Translations under genes and position numbers: made by a program | Notes under the pieces: generated by a model | Told to the model about the DNA's origin: nothing | Database searches by the model: none | The model's input: the letters and a program-made list of their open reading frames with translations, nothing else | Part shown: positions 12,701 through 25,500 of the stretch, in pieces | Numbering within the stretch: position 1 is the first letter of the stretch | Layout: each line of letters begins with the position of its first letter | Source: Zootoca vivipara | Lineage: Eukaryota | Length of the DNA stretch: 64,000 bases | Direction: 5' to 3' | NCBI RefSeq assembly: GCF_963506605.1 | Contig: NC_083276.1 | Span: 31,124,001 to 31,188,000 of the forward strand

Positions 12701-15700
12701 AGTTTATAATGCCAAGACCCCATAAAACTAAAGTTCAATGTCTTGCTTTGTGTGCAACAAGTTTTACAGAAGTCATGCCATGCTCTCTAAAATATATATG
12801 AAGCCACTAGGTGAGATCAGAGGGTGGAAGTAAGATGCCATCAGTATAAGAAAATCAGCTCTATTTCTTTCTATATCTGAATTAGGTGAGGCCGTTCAGG
12901 TGCTCAACCAGTGCTTGGGCTCAGTAATGGGCTAACAGATTGAAAGCTGACAATAAAGAGTTGTGAGAAAGTGGTTATTATGCTGATAAATTAGGTGCAT
13001 GGCTTGTTTCAGATGGGGGTGCACCTTCCATGAAGAAGCAGGTTTGTAGCTTGGGGACACACTTGCACCCAGAGTTGTCACTAGAGGCCAAGGTAGCCCC
13101 AGTGTCACAAACTGCCCTTCCCAGGATTGACCTAATCACCAGGTAAGAACATTCCTGAATAGGCAGCCTTGCCACCATGATGCACAGTCTTCTTAGCTTT
13201 CAAATGTAATACTGTAATGTGTTGTACAAGGAGCTGCCCTTGAAAACGTTCATTAGTGCAGAATACAGTTCAGCCAAGGAGCATTGTTGGGTACTGAAAA
13301 GACTCAGGACAGGGCCACAAGAAATATTTGCATATGCTTATTTTTATGTATAGGTGCCAATTTCAGCTGTAATTTGAAGGGGAAGAACAAACTGGCTGTC
13401 AGGGAGAAGTCAGAGCTATGGGGTGGCAACAGGGATTTCCTGGGCCAGTATACTATATGTGGATTGGGCCCTCCACCTCATCCACAGTCTAGAGCTGCTG
13501 TTTATGTACATATTTATATACTATTTAAAAATAGAACAAGTGCTCATTGGCAAATTTGAATGGCAGGTGTCTAGGGTCTCACCAGTGCTGTACATTGAAG
13601 TGTTACCAGTTGCCCTGTAAAAAAAAGTTAAGTTTAAAGGGGAAAGATGTCCAGGATCCTGCATCAAAGACCCAGACACACAGGCCCCCTGGCTACCCAC
13701 TAACAAGGCTGTTGCTTTATCCTGATGGAATCATATCACATAAATTCTGGCAGCCTATTTGCTGCCAAGCCCAATTCCAAATGCTAGTACTCCTCTATTA
13801 AGCCCTTAAATGGTTTGGGGCCCAAATACTTGAAGGAGCACATCTCCCTATACCAACCTGCCTATGCCTCAAAATAGCTAGAGTGCGCTTTTCTGTTTCC
13901 ATTGTCAGGGGAAGTTCAGTACAGTTGTACCTTGGATCTCAAATGCCTTAGCTCCCAGATAAATCAGCTGCCAAACGATCAAAACCTGGAAGTGAGTGTT
14001 TCCGTTTCCGAATGATTATTGAAAGCCAAAAATCCAGTGCGGCTTCGGTTTCCGAACGTTTTGGAAGTTGAACAGACTTCCGGAATGGATTCTGTTCAAC
14101 TTTCAAGGTATGACTGTATTTGGGCGAGATGCGAGTGAAAGCCTCTCAGCACACACATGCAGCTCTCTCACACACTCATGTACTTCACATGTATACTGCC
14201 GCAAGTACATCTCTCCCTCTCAAACACATATCTACCCTCTATTCCCCCACCTCACATAAATATCTTCCCCTCTCTCTCTGCCCATGTATATATCCAACTC
14301 TCATGCACAGAACAAACTAAGTATCCCTTCCAATTCAGAAAAGCCCCTCCAAGGGTGGAGGATGTGACTGTTTTAAAAAATAACCCACCCACAAAAGTAA
14401 CTAATCGCCGAGTTACACAATCCCAGAGTTACACAATGCCACTAACTAAAAAGCTTATTCCCTCCTTTTAAGAGCATTTTATAGAAACAGTATGTAGCAA
14501 TTTAAAACATTCCAGTAACAAAACTAAAGATCAAGAAGTACTAAGTAGGCCAAACATCTGTAGGATTGCAAAGACTGCTGTGCAAGCCGAGCCTAAAACA
14601 CCATCTAATAAAAACCAGGCAGAGTTCTGTTGCAATAGCCTTCAAGTACCATACCATGCTAGTCTTAGGCTACAACAGCAGAGGATCTGTAACCCTTAGA
14701 ATAGCATGGTTGGCTGCCCACCCTTTGGTAATAACAATGGTATATGAGCCCAGTGGCAAGTTATACATGCCTTCTACTGAAATCTTTGAAGACAGCAATC
14801 TTGCGGGCCCCACAGCACTGCCATAAACTAGCATTACAGCAACTGTACAGGTCCAACTTGAAATTACTGAAGTTTTTTTAAGGTTAGAAGAGAAGTTGCA
14901 TGCAACCTTAGGGTCAAGTACCCCAACAGTTATTTGCTTGCCTGTGAATATGCTTTGGACCATGAGCAGAACCCCTCTCTTCCCCATCACTGTAATAATA
15001 TGGCAGTTGAGTTCAGACTCTAGCTACCTTAAATCAACATATTAAATCAACATTTAACCTTCTTTTAATTTCTAGCCTTCAAATACAAGCATAACATTCT
15101 GTGCAGCATAGAAGCTGCCCTCAGAAAGGTACAGAATTGGTTTCCATTAATCATCCACAGATACTCACCTAAGTAATATACTTCCACGCCCCCTACCTCC
15201 ACCAGGGCCTGTGATGGTCAATAATCTCCCTTGAGCGGGCCTGAAAAAGAAGCCAAAGGAATAATCATCAGGAAGGTGCAAAGAGGTACAGAAAACATCC
15301 CTCAAAGGAACCCCACTGGAAACCTGGTGCAAATGTACCCCCCAAAAATTTATTAGTCAGCTTTCGTGATTGGGGACAGGAAGTGACTGCTTCTACCGTG
15401 TGCAGGATCCTGATGGCCTATTTTTTAAAAAATACCTTGACCTTCCACGTGGTGGGAAGTAGCAGAGGAGGAAAAATGCAGGGGGGCGGCAGTGGGTTTT
15501 GCCTACCTTTTGTGCCAGGGAAACGTTTGCAGATTTAGGCTGGGGCATGAGCGCACTCTTAACCCGGGTTAACTTTGGCCGGCGCAGGCTGCGTCCCTAA
15601 GCGCCCTTACTGGGAACTAGTGAGCCCCATTGAAAACACGAGGGGAAGTCGGGTTCGCAGGGCGCAGCCGCGCCTCGCAACTCACGTGGACGCCACTAAC

Positions 15701-16066
15701 GGATTCTGCTCGTAGGCCTCCCTCTGCGCTGTCGCTCCGTCCCTTCCCAGACCAGTTTACCCCCGATTTAGAGAGGGACGGGGCTAACGGATGCACCACT
15801 CGGGCTCCTGAAGTCCCAGGGCGCGTTCCCGGAGAGGGAAGGGAAAGGGCACGAAGGTGGCAACCGCAGCGAAGCCTCTCAGGGGCCGAGTGCGGCGGCC
15901 CCCTCTGAGCCGAAACTCCCCCGCCGGCCGCCCTGCTCTTCCTCCAGCCTCACCGCACATCGTTGGGGTCCCGCCCCGTGAGCTTGCGGATGTTCTCGTC
16001 GACGTGCTTGAGGCTCTCCTTGGCCTTCTCGAGCTGCTCCTGCAGAGCCCGCACCGCCACCGCCAT
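6713..16066 (-). CDS. PNN: Pinin (desmosome-associated SR-like protein, PSAP/EJC component), 690 aa, 9 coding exons
   Basis: Exons: 16066-15954, 15240-15169, 12654-12586, 11913-11841, 11753-11659, 9939-9864, 9067-8912, 8826-8688, 7992-6713. All introns GT-AG, phases join in frame (2073 nt). Translation [38 protein letters not shown]...[51 protein letters not shown]..., then Glu-rich, QP, poly-Ser and RS tail ending RKDKRR. Confidence 0.97.
10476..10670 (-). mobile_element. CR1 LINE 3' fragment in PNN intron 5
   Basis: AGAATCATAGAATTG...CTAGTCCAATCCCTTGCATTGCAGG; the minus-strand ORF shows the CR1 ORF2 end ([19 protein letters not shown]). Confidence 0.8.
12860..13900 (+). mobile_element. Degenerate L2/CR1-class LINE remnant, interrupted by other repeats
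   Basis: Decayed RT 3' region motifs (CAGGTTTGTAGCTTGGG, GCCCAATTCCAAATGCTAG...TAAGCCCTTAAATGGTTTGGG) typical of lizard L2; boundaries approximate. Confidence 0.45.
13922..14116. mobile_element. Tigger/pogo-like (Tc1/mariner) MITE
   Basis: TA-CAGTTGTACCTTGG ... TCAAGGTATGACTG-TA; same family as 30501-30725 and 36672-36922. Confidence 0.75.
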
Positions 16067-17760
16067 CGCAGCCAACCACAGGCGCGGCCTAGCCAGTCAG
16101 GGCCCGGCCGAAAGCACGGCTCGGCGGGAAAGGGGCGGGGCGCGACGGCCCAGCCCCTCACGTAGCGCGGCTCCTCCGAGCAAACCCGCCAATAGGCGCG
16201 CGAGAGTTGGATCGACAACGTTCCTCGCCAACAGCCGCGCTTCGTCCCTAGCGAACCACCGCCCTAACAAGTTGAGTGGCATTTGAGTGCTCCAGTCATC
16301 AGCTTCCTTCTTAGCCAATCGGGAATCCATAGTGCTAGAGCGACGTTGGGAGAACCACTCGAAGATTGCGGTGCTTTGTTTCTCCTGCCAATCACGGAAT
16401 GCCAGAGCAGGGTGGCATCTGAGCAACCAACCAAGTGGTACACTTGTCCCTCGAGTAACCAACCAGTGATAGGAGGTGGGTCGGCTTACACCTGCTCATT
16501 TTCGCGCGCTCCTGGGTCATGAAGTGCCTTGAAGTGCAGGGGGCGGGACTAAACTCAATTTCCGCGGACTCGTGGCTTCTCTGATTCTGAAATTTGTTAA
16601 AGGGAAGTCTCTTACTGTGAAAATCTGTCTAAAATTCTGAACATCACAGACTCATAGAGTATCACATCACAACAATTCCAGATCATATCACAGAATAGTG
16701 TGCTTCATCTTTGTTTTTATAGTTATGACCAGGAAAAAAAGAGAGAAACTCCTCTTCTGGCCTCTTAACAGAACACCCCCAGGATTTTTAAGTTAAGCCT
16801 GCTGCAACTGGTTTTCTTATGGCCATTGCCCATCCTGAACGTCTGGGATTTGTGATCATTATGTTCATTTGCCTTCAGTAGCAGTAAAGCTCTGCTGAAT
16901 GAACTACAATTGCCTCTGGTCTATTTTGGGGGGATCCTGCAACGTGTTGTAAGTTTTTACTCTGCTAACTGTACGTTGGAATCTGGATCAATACTGAGTA
17001 GAATTCCATGACATCTTAAACGTAGCCGTGAGCCCCGCCGGACCTTTGCTTCCAAACGGACACAGAGAGAGCAGCATCCCAATGCCCGCGATCGCGCCTG
17101 CCAACCACCAAGCCCCAGGTCGATCCCGGAGCGCGCGCCCTTGCTCCAGGAGCTCCGCGCAAGCGAGGCGGGGACTTCACGGAGCTCCGCCCCAGAAGCA
17201 GCTGCCGGTTGTTGCCTGGGCAGCTCCGCCTCTGAGTGTAAGGAGGGACTCCGCTCGGCTTGAGCCCGGCGGGTGGGCCTGGTCCTCGTTCCCTTCTGGC
17301 CGGGAGCTGCCCGGCATGAACAAGTCGGAGATGGCGGACGAGGCGCTCTTCCTGCTGCTGCACAACGAGATGGTGACCGGGCTGTACCGCGCCGCCGAGC
17401 AGGGCGATGGGGTGAGTGTTGCTCTCGCGGCTCCGGGGAGGGATCCCTGCGCTTCCCCGTCGGAGGGAAGGGAGAGGAGAGAGGCGGAGCCCGTGGCACG
17501 GCGCAGCCGGCGCTGTGGCCCGAGGAGGGTCCCATTTCTATATTCCTTTTTTTAAACGAAGCTTCCCTAAATCCGGAATGCCTCATAATGGAGTCTCTGG
17601 TTTCGACATCCCTTCCCCTTAAAGCGCTGCTCGCTCTCGCTGGGTATCCCTGTGGTTGTTTGAGGGCCTGGCCAAGGGTTTCTGGCGTCTGATCCGATTA
17701 GTCCGTGTTCAGTATCCAGGTTTGGGGCTGGTTATGGGCGAATCCCGTGATGAACATGAA
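15550..17760. promoter_or_regulatory. Divergent CpG-island promoter region for PNN (-) and TRAPPC6B (+)
   Basis: Two CpG-rich blocks (about 15550-16570 and 17020-17760); start codons 1.26 kb apart head-to-head; GC boxes at 16132 and 16538; CCAAT at 16189, 16315 and 16388; E2F-like TTTCGCGC near 16500. Confidence 0.8.
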
Positions 17761-19506
17761 CAGACTCCCCGAGAGAAATGTGATAGCATCACATACAGCA
17801 TGTACTAAGTAAACTAGGGATGATCCAAAATAAATTAAAAATGTTTATTACATTGCCTCTGACCCCCTAATACAGGGGCCAGCAAACATTTTCAGCAGGG
17901 GGCTGGTCCGCTGTCCCTCAGACCTTGTGGGGGGCCGGGCTATATTTTTTGGGGGGGGGGAAATAATGAACTAATTCCTATGCCCCACAAATAACCCAGA
18001 GATGCATTGTAAATAAAAGGACACATTCTACTCATGTAAAAACACACTGATTTAGAAGGCGATTGGGCTAGATCCGGCCCCCGGGCCTTAGTTTTCCTAC
18101 CCATGCACTAAATAATACAATGGGTTTCCACCCCCCCCCCCGCAACAGCATGCTTTGTTTTTGCATGTACAGTAACTTTTTAAATTGTTTAAGAAATTTA
18201 AGACCACCCAAATTCCTGTCATCTTTAGTGTAATGTGTCCTTAAATTTAGAAACAGCATGGGTGTTTTAAAATGGGCAGGATTAGGACGACACAACATTA
18301 TCCATAATTCAGTTAGGACAGACTCTTTGCAATTAAATTAGTGTGTTTATTAAGCACACCTGGAGTCAGAATTCAGCAGTGCTTGAAGTGGGATGAAACC
18401 CTAACTTTTTTATTCCACTTCAAGTACTTCAGATTATAAAATTACAAAGAGTGTCTCAAAAGTGTATGGTTGTAGGACCCAGGTTATTTTTATGGTTGTA
18501 CAGTAAGTTGTTTAAAATTGTTTTTCATATTGTGTTTTAATGCTGTAACCTGTCCTGAGACCTTACGAGTGAAGAGCGGGAAATCATAGAATCAGGAAGA
18601 GACCACAAGGGCCACCCAGTCCAACCCCCTGCCAAGCAGGAAACACCATCAAAGCATTCTTGACATATGCCTGTCAAGCCTCTGCTTAAAGACCTCCAAT
18701 AAATGACTGACTGACAAGGGGTTTCTTCCAGCCTCTGTTGCTTCAGACATCAGTCAGAAATCGGTCCTACTGCAATACAAGGAACTTGCTCCTTTTCTGT
18801 TGGGGGCTGCACGACTACTCATAGCCAGTTTTCGAAATTAGCCAGGCACATTTTGCACCTGGCTGTCAAGAGCACTTGCAACCAAGTGAAGCTCCACCAT
18901 CTGGAGGTGTATGCCTGGGGATCCTTGGATCCTGCCTGTTTTCACGTACTATAACAACACATCCTGTAGAATTCTATCGGTTATATTTTATCTGCACAAT
19001 TGGAATGAATTTCAGGAACCAAAATGCTTTTACTGTGCCGCCTGAGCAGGAGCAGTGAATAATGTTACAGTTTGTCGTAGCTTATCTTCACCCCTCTGCC
19101 CTCAGTTCTGAGCAATATCCCTACGTTAGGAATGGAATTAAGAAAAAGAGGTTGGAATAGGCCAATATACAGTGTATCTGGAAGGTCCCTGGATTAAGCA
19201 ACTTTTCTTATTTAAGTTCTCAAAGTTCTTAACCTAGCTCAAGGTAGTGATCTGAACTAGCCAGATAATCAATCACAGTCAGTCCATCATTACCCCAAAA
19301 TGGCAACTAAACATTCAATTTTTGTGCTTACTTGAGTTTCTGACACTGTTCACAGCAAAGAATTGGAAAGAATGTGTGGACCCTTTTATAAGAGTTTCTA
19401 ATGTATTGCAGTGATTGGTATCTGAGTTCACAAACAAGGGTATTATCATCTGTTCCAGAAGGGAAAGAAGAGGGAAACAGGGAAGCTTCTGTGTTACATT
19501 TTTTGC

Positions 19507-19547
<41 letters not shown>

Positions 19548-22500
19548 AATATCTAAAAAACCCAGAAACCAGGCCTACTGGTTTCACTGGGGCCTTCTGA
19601 TTGCAACCTAACTGCTTTGTCGTGGGTGCAGTGCCTATACGATTTCAGCTCAGAATAGTGATTCAGCATGCTAGCAAGGATATGCTAGGAGTCAAGTCTA
19701 ACAAGAACAATCTCCTTTATTGCAGTAGGAACTTGACTGACTGGAGGGAAAGGGTGAGCTCCTTTTATACTCTCAGGAACAGGAGTTGGGGAAAGGATAC
19801 ATTCAGATTTTGGCGGGACCCAATCGGAGTAAGGATTCAAATTGCGCTAATAAGTTAACCAATAGCAACTGTCACCACACCTTTTTGAATCACCCTGGAG
19901 CGGGAAAGGTAGTTACAAAACTAGCAGTGAAACTCATGTACACATATTAAACCAATACATAACACTAACTAAACAAATTAGCTTTTGGTTTTGTTCAATT
20001 AGGATCCTCCGTTTGCATTTGGTGCATATTCTTACAGTCACATAGCCTTGTGTATTTGTTCTACCAAACAATTCATTGTTTTCTAAAAGTTTTCATGCTA
20101 TAATAAATATATTGACACTCTTCCCTGCTAGTGGCACACTACCAATAATAATCAAAATTTGGGGGTTGGGTTTTTGATTACAGGCACACACACACACACA
20201 CACACACCGCATTTACACAGGGGTTATGTTCTGAGCAGGGGGGGTGGGAGCGCAATCCCGGTGGGGTGCCATCACAGCTGCCCGCCCGTGCTAGGTGCCC
20301 CACCCCCACAGGCAGTGGACCCTGTCCCCAGAACACGCCTCACGCCCCTTTGGGTGGTGCACCATGCCCCTGGGACGCACGCCAGCCCCACCCCAGCCTG
20401 CTCTCCGCCCCCAGTGCCGGAGCATAAAGCTCCGCCATTGGTTCTGAGGCATTGCATGCATCAGTGAAGTCGAAAAAAATCGTAAGTCGAAGCAACCCTA
20501 TCTAAAAATTTGTAAGTAGAAAAAATCCTATCTAAACAGCATCCAAGATGGCGGACGGAGCTCCATTCGTAAGTAGAAACATTCATAAGTCGAGTCATTC
20601 ATAAGTAGAGGTACCACTGTATTTGAAACACCATTGAAGAAGCCTGCAAACAGCCTACCCCTTTATGTGACATTTTGTGATGTTTTCGGGTCACTTCCAG
20701 GTTCAGCATGATGTGCATGTGCGACAGTTGCGCACATATTGAATGCACATAAATACGGGGTTGCCTGTAATTCCATTTCTGTCCCCAGGGGTTGACGTTA
20801 ATGTCACTCTTTAATATATGATCTTTGATATTCCAGTGCTTTGGAAAGACTTTTCTTCTATAATGTTAAAACAGGAGTGGGCAGATCTCAGGACTGCCAA
20901 ACTGTTTATCAGGAGTTGAAAAGAGAAGAACAAACCTGTTTCTGCCTGTTGCCGCAAATTCACTATTCTATGTTGAGTGTCACAACCAATAGCCTTTTGA
21001 TTACAGGCAAGAGAAAAATGTGGAAGAAGAAAACTTAAAGTATGACTTTGAAATAGATTTGCACAAGTTATTGCAGTTTGTGGGGTGTTCTTTGTACACA
21101 CACAAGATTGCCTTTATTATACCTTACAGGAAAATGGACGGTGCATCACAAAACTGGAAAACATGGGTTTTCGAGTAGGACAGGGATTAATAGAAAGGTG
21201 AGTGGCATGTTTAGCCTCTCTCTTGACCCATTATTTTCCTTCAGAGTTGCAAATATTCCAGCAGGTTTCCTGATGTCGTTATATCATGTGTAAATTCAGT
21301 ATATATCATAAGACGCAGAAATTCCCTAAGGGATGTTGCTTTTAAAGATGCCCCACAAAACTTTAGTGGCTGCAACATGATGGAAAATCAAGGGAATTCA
21401 GTGGCGCTGCCTTGTACTAAGTGGAAGTGTTTTTTCTGTGCAAGACCTTTCTTGTGCCAAGATTTGTAATAATTATAAAGTTGTAGTTTCAAGTCATGGT
21501 GGGATGGAGGAATTTGTTTTATAGATTGACCACCTTTTCGTCTATATTGTTTCTGTTTTTAACTTACATTAGGTTTGGGGTTTTTAATTTTTGGAAGTCA
21601 CTTCGAAATTTTTGTGGCAAGCTAGCTCATAAATTGAATAAATCATTGGCATAATTAGAAACTGGAAATCTGCCTTATATCAGGTCAGATAACTTGTCCT
21701 TCTAGTCCAATATTGTGTACTCAGACTGGCAGTTACTCTTTGGGGCCTCAGGGTCATTCCGATCATTTTTTACTTAATCTGTTCTTTAAACTGCAGGTGC
21801 CAGGGATTGAAACTGGCACCTTTTATTCTGCTAATGATTTATGCCCCTTCACCGCTTCACATGCATGAAGCTAATGCCACTACTTTTAATTGCTTTCTCT
21901 TAGGTTTACAAAAGATACTGCCAGATTCAAAGATGAACTGGATATAATGAAGTTTATCTGCAAAGATTTTTGGACTACTGTATTCAAAAAGCAAATTGAT
22001 AACCTCAGGACCAACCATCAGGTATTGTAAGAAACTGAACTTGTAGAGTTGTCAGTCATGTTGCATATCAGTGCCAAGTGGGCAGAGAAGAAATTATACA
22101 TACAGTAGTTATACAAAGTACGTTAATATAAATTTGGATTCTGTGTGGAATTAAAACAATTGGGATCTGGTATAGCTCAGCTCTGTCAGCACAATTGTGC
22201 AATGAAGCATTTGTTTGGATTGTACTACAGATGGGGCTGTATGAATAAATAAGGTCTTCATATGTAGAAAGCAGTAAACCCTTTTGACCCTTATTGACAC
22301 TCTAGTTTTCTTTCTGCCTGGTATTTTCATATATGATAATATTCAAATAGTATTTTTCCACTTGCAGTTTAAAGTAAGCAAGGACTGCACCACATATTTT
22401 TCTGATTCTAATTAGGTTCTTATTTCAGAATAATTTTGTTAGCATCACATGCCAGCCACCTTGTGTTGTAAAGAGAATTCCACAAGGGTAGCATGTGTAG

Positions 22501-25500
22501 CTAAATAATAGATTTATTCTATGGTGTTCCTTCAATTTTGTTTTTGCTGTTTTTCTTGTTGTTAATATTGTACACTGTATTGGAAAAAAATATCTTGAAA
22601 GGCAGGATTTGAAAGGATGAATGAATAACATGCATACATAATAAAACAATACAGCTAGTAACCATATTTGCACAGATGTTAACTTCCTGGGGAGAAAGAT
22701 GTGTGCCATTAACCCAGCCTTTCTTTCAAAGTGACTGGTTGGGATGATTGCAGTTTAATTGACTGGACTGCATTTGGTAGGAAAATAAAGTATACTGCAT
22801 GTGGTTGCATGTACTCTGTAACTAGCTTTTTCCATGTATATTACCTAGCGGGGTTACAACAATAAATGTTGCATGAATAGTCAAGGAAAAGGCAGGATAT
22901 AAATATAACTCTTATTCATTTTTTGCAGGGCATCTATGTACTACAGGACAACAAGTTCCGTCTCCTGACTCAGATGTCTGCTGGAAAACAGTATTTGGAG
23001 CACGCTCCTAAGGCTTGTATATTTAACTATATCTTACGTAGTTGTAGTTACAGGTAGGTAGCCGTGTTGGTCTGACGTAGTCGAAACAAAATAAAAAAAT
23101 TCCTTCCAGCAGCACCTTAGAGACCAACTAATATCAAGGTAGATGGGCATAATATATTGTGAGCTTTCGTGTGCATGCGCACTTCTTCAGATACGTAGTT
23201 CATAAGAGCACCTTCAAAACCAGGTTTCTTCATGGAGTTGCAATATATTCCTTATATGCATGGGGCAGGGGAGAGCAGCAGGAGTGGTCTTGCAATGGTG
23301 TTATCTTCTCCATGCACTTGATGTTCACAGTTGTACTTTATACTGTCATCTATTTATTCCGTGTCAATATGGATTTTTGCAAGTTTGACAGATAAATGTT
23401 GGAGGGGAAGCAAACTCTTTTATAGCAGTATTCTATCAGTTGATTGCATTCTAGCTGTCAGATCCACATGTGTGCATGCTAGTATTAAAGAAGTAGTCTC
23501 AAGAGTTTTTTGTTTAGTTTTTTTTTACTATGTCCCCTCTTTCCCCACTTCCTGCATGGAAATGTCTTCAAGCTGCTCTAAACAGGGTTACACTCCTTAA
23601 AGAATGAAATTGAGGGCTGATCCTGGTTTTTTTCACTGGAGGGAGAGCCAAGTGGCCAAAATAATAAATATTTTTTTTGTTATTTATACCCTGCCCATCT
23701 GGCTGGGTTCCCCCAGCCACTCTGGGCGGCTTACAGCACATAAAAAAAATAGTAAAACATTTTGTTTAGTCGTTTAGTCGTGTCCAACTCTTCGTGACCC
23801 CATGGACCATAGCACGCCAGGCACTCCTGTCTTCCACTGCCTCCCGCAGTTTGGTCAAACTCATGTTTGTAGCTTTGAGAACACTGTCCAACCATCTCAT
23901 CCTCTGTCATCCCCTTCTCCTTGTGCCCTCAATCTTTCCCAGCATCAGGGTCTTTTCCAGGGATTCTTCTCTTCTCATGAGGTGGCCAAAGTATTGGAGC
24001 CTCAGCTTCAGGATCTGTCCTTCCAGTGAGCACTCAGGGCTGATTTCCTTCAGAATGGATAGGTTTGATCTTCTTGCAGTCCATGGGACTCTCAAGAGTC
24101 TCCTCCAGCACCATAATTCAGTAAAACATTAGACACCAAAAAAATCCTGATACAGGGTTGCCTTCAGGTGCCTCCATGACATTTTTCCCTTTCCACCAGC
24201 TACAATTGGCGCACCAGTTGCACCCCTTCCTGGACGAAGAGCCTGGCCACAGTTAATCCATGTTCTGGTAACTTCCAGAATAGATGATTGCATTGCATAA
24301 AGAGGCCTCCTCTTTGAAAACAGTGTTGAATTTTAAATTCCTCGGCACAAGTTTAAAGAACTTTCAACAATGTAATCCAATAATTATATAAATTGTCAGA
24401 ATGATGTTTTGTTTGACTTAACGTATGGGTCTTTCCCCCCACAGTACTTGGCATTTACTTGTGGATTAATTAGAGGCGCTTTATCAAACTTGGGAATAAA
24501 GAGCATCGTGACAGCTGAGGTTTCAACAATGCCTGCATGTAAGTACTCTTCTTCTTGGCGAAGTATGGGTGCAAATTGTCTCTTCCACTTAATATAAAGT
24601 CGGTGAGACAAATGACCGATTTTTAGCAAATATGAGATGGTTGCTCTTAAAATAGCTTGTTGTAGCCAAGCTTGGCCAATGATATTTTGCAGTCCCACTG
24701 CTCCCAATTCATTCCAGGAACGCTGCTGGTGCTGCCCCCCCCCCCCGCTGCACCTGTGAGCAGTAGCCTAGTATTGAATAGGGAGGGTAGGACACAGGGC
24801 AATCACAAACCCTATCTTCCAACACCTCACTGTTGCCCCCTGCCTAATGATAAAGCCAGCCTTGGGTATAGGTTGCAAAAATGTATAGGGGGCTTAAGTA
24901 GGGTGAAATGTGTTGGGTGGTGGATTAGCTGTTTTACGAATTTCTAGCCAGAAACCTGCATGCCTAACTGGATACAGACTTTGCTCTAGATCAGGCATCC
25001 CCAAACTTCCCCCCCCAGATGTTTTGGACTACAATTCCCATCATCCCTGACCACTGGTCCTCTTAGCTAGGGATGATGGGAGTTGTAGGCCAAAACATCT
25101 GGAGGGCCGCAGTTTGAGGATGCCTGCTCTAGATTCATGGGCATTTCCAAGCCCTAACACACAGATGTCACACTAAATTGCTTGGTTTTTTCCTCTGTGT
25201 GTCAAGTCAAGCCAGTGGCTGAAGAGAGGCATGCCAGGAGAGGCCTTCGATCCATTGGATCCCAAGCCATCTCATTCTTCCAACAAGGGAGAAATATTAT
25301 ATAAATTATATGGCTCTATGGTGGAGTTATTTTACCTCACACTGTTTTTTTTTGAAGAAGCAAAATGGAGGAAAGGCAAAAAGCCACCCTGGCCAGCATG
25401 AGCCCAGCAAGACTTTAGGAGGTGGCAGTTCTGTAGGATTTCTCTGTAAGACTGTAATTCTAAATCCACTTATAGGGAAGGAAACCCCATTGAACACAGT

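Noticed and set aside
15617-17692. Many 60-209 aa Arg/Pro/Ala-rich ORFs on both strands
   Set aside because: Expected from stop-poor CpG islands; only the PNN and TRAPPC6B first exons match known proteins.
23013-24444. TRAPPC6B intron 4 as a U12-type intron
   Set aside because: GACTTAAC near the acceptor resembles a U12 branch site, but there is no RTATCCTT donor.
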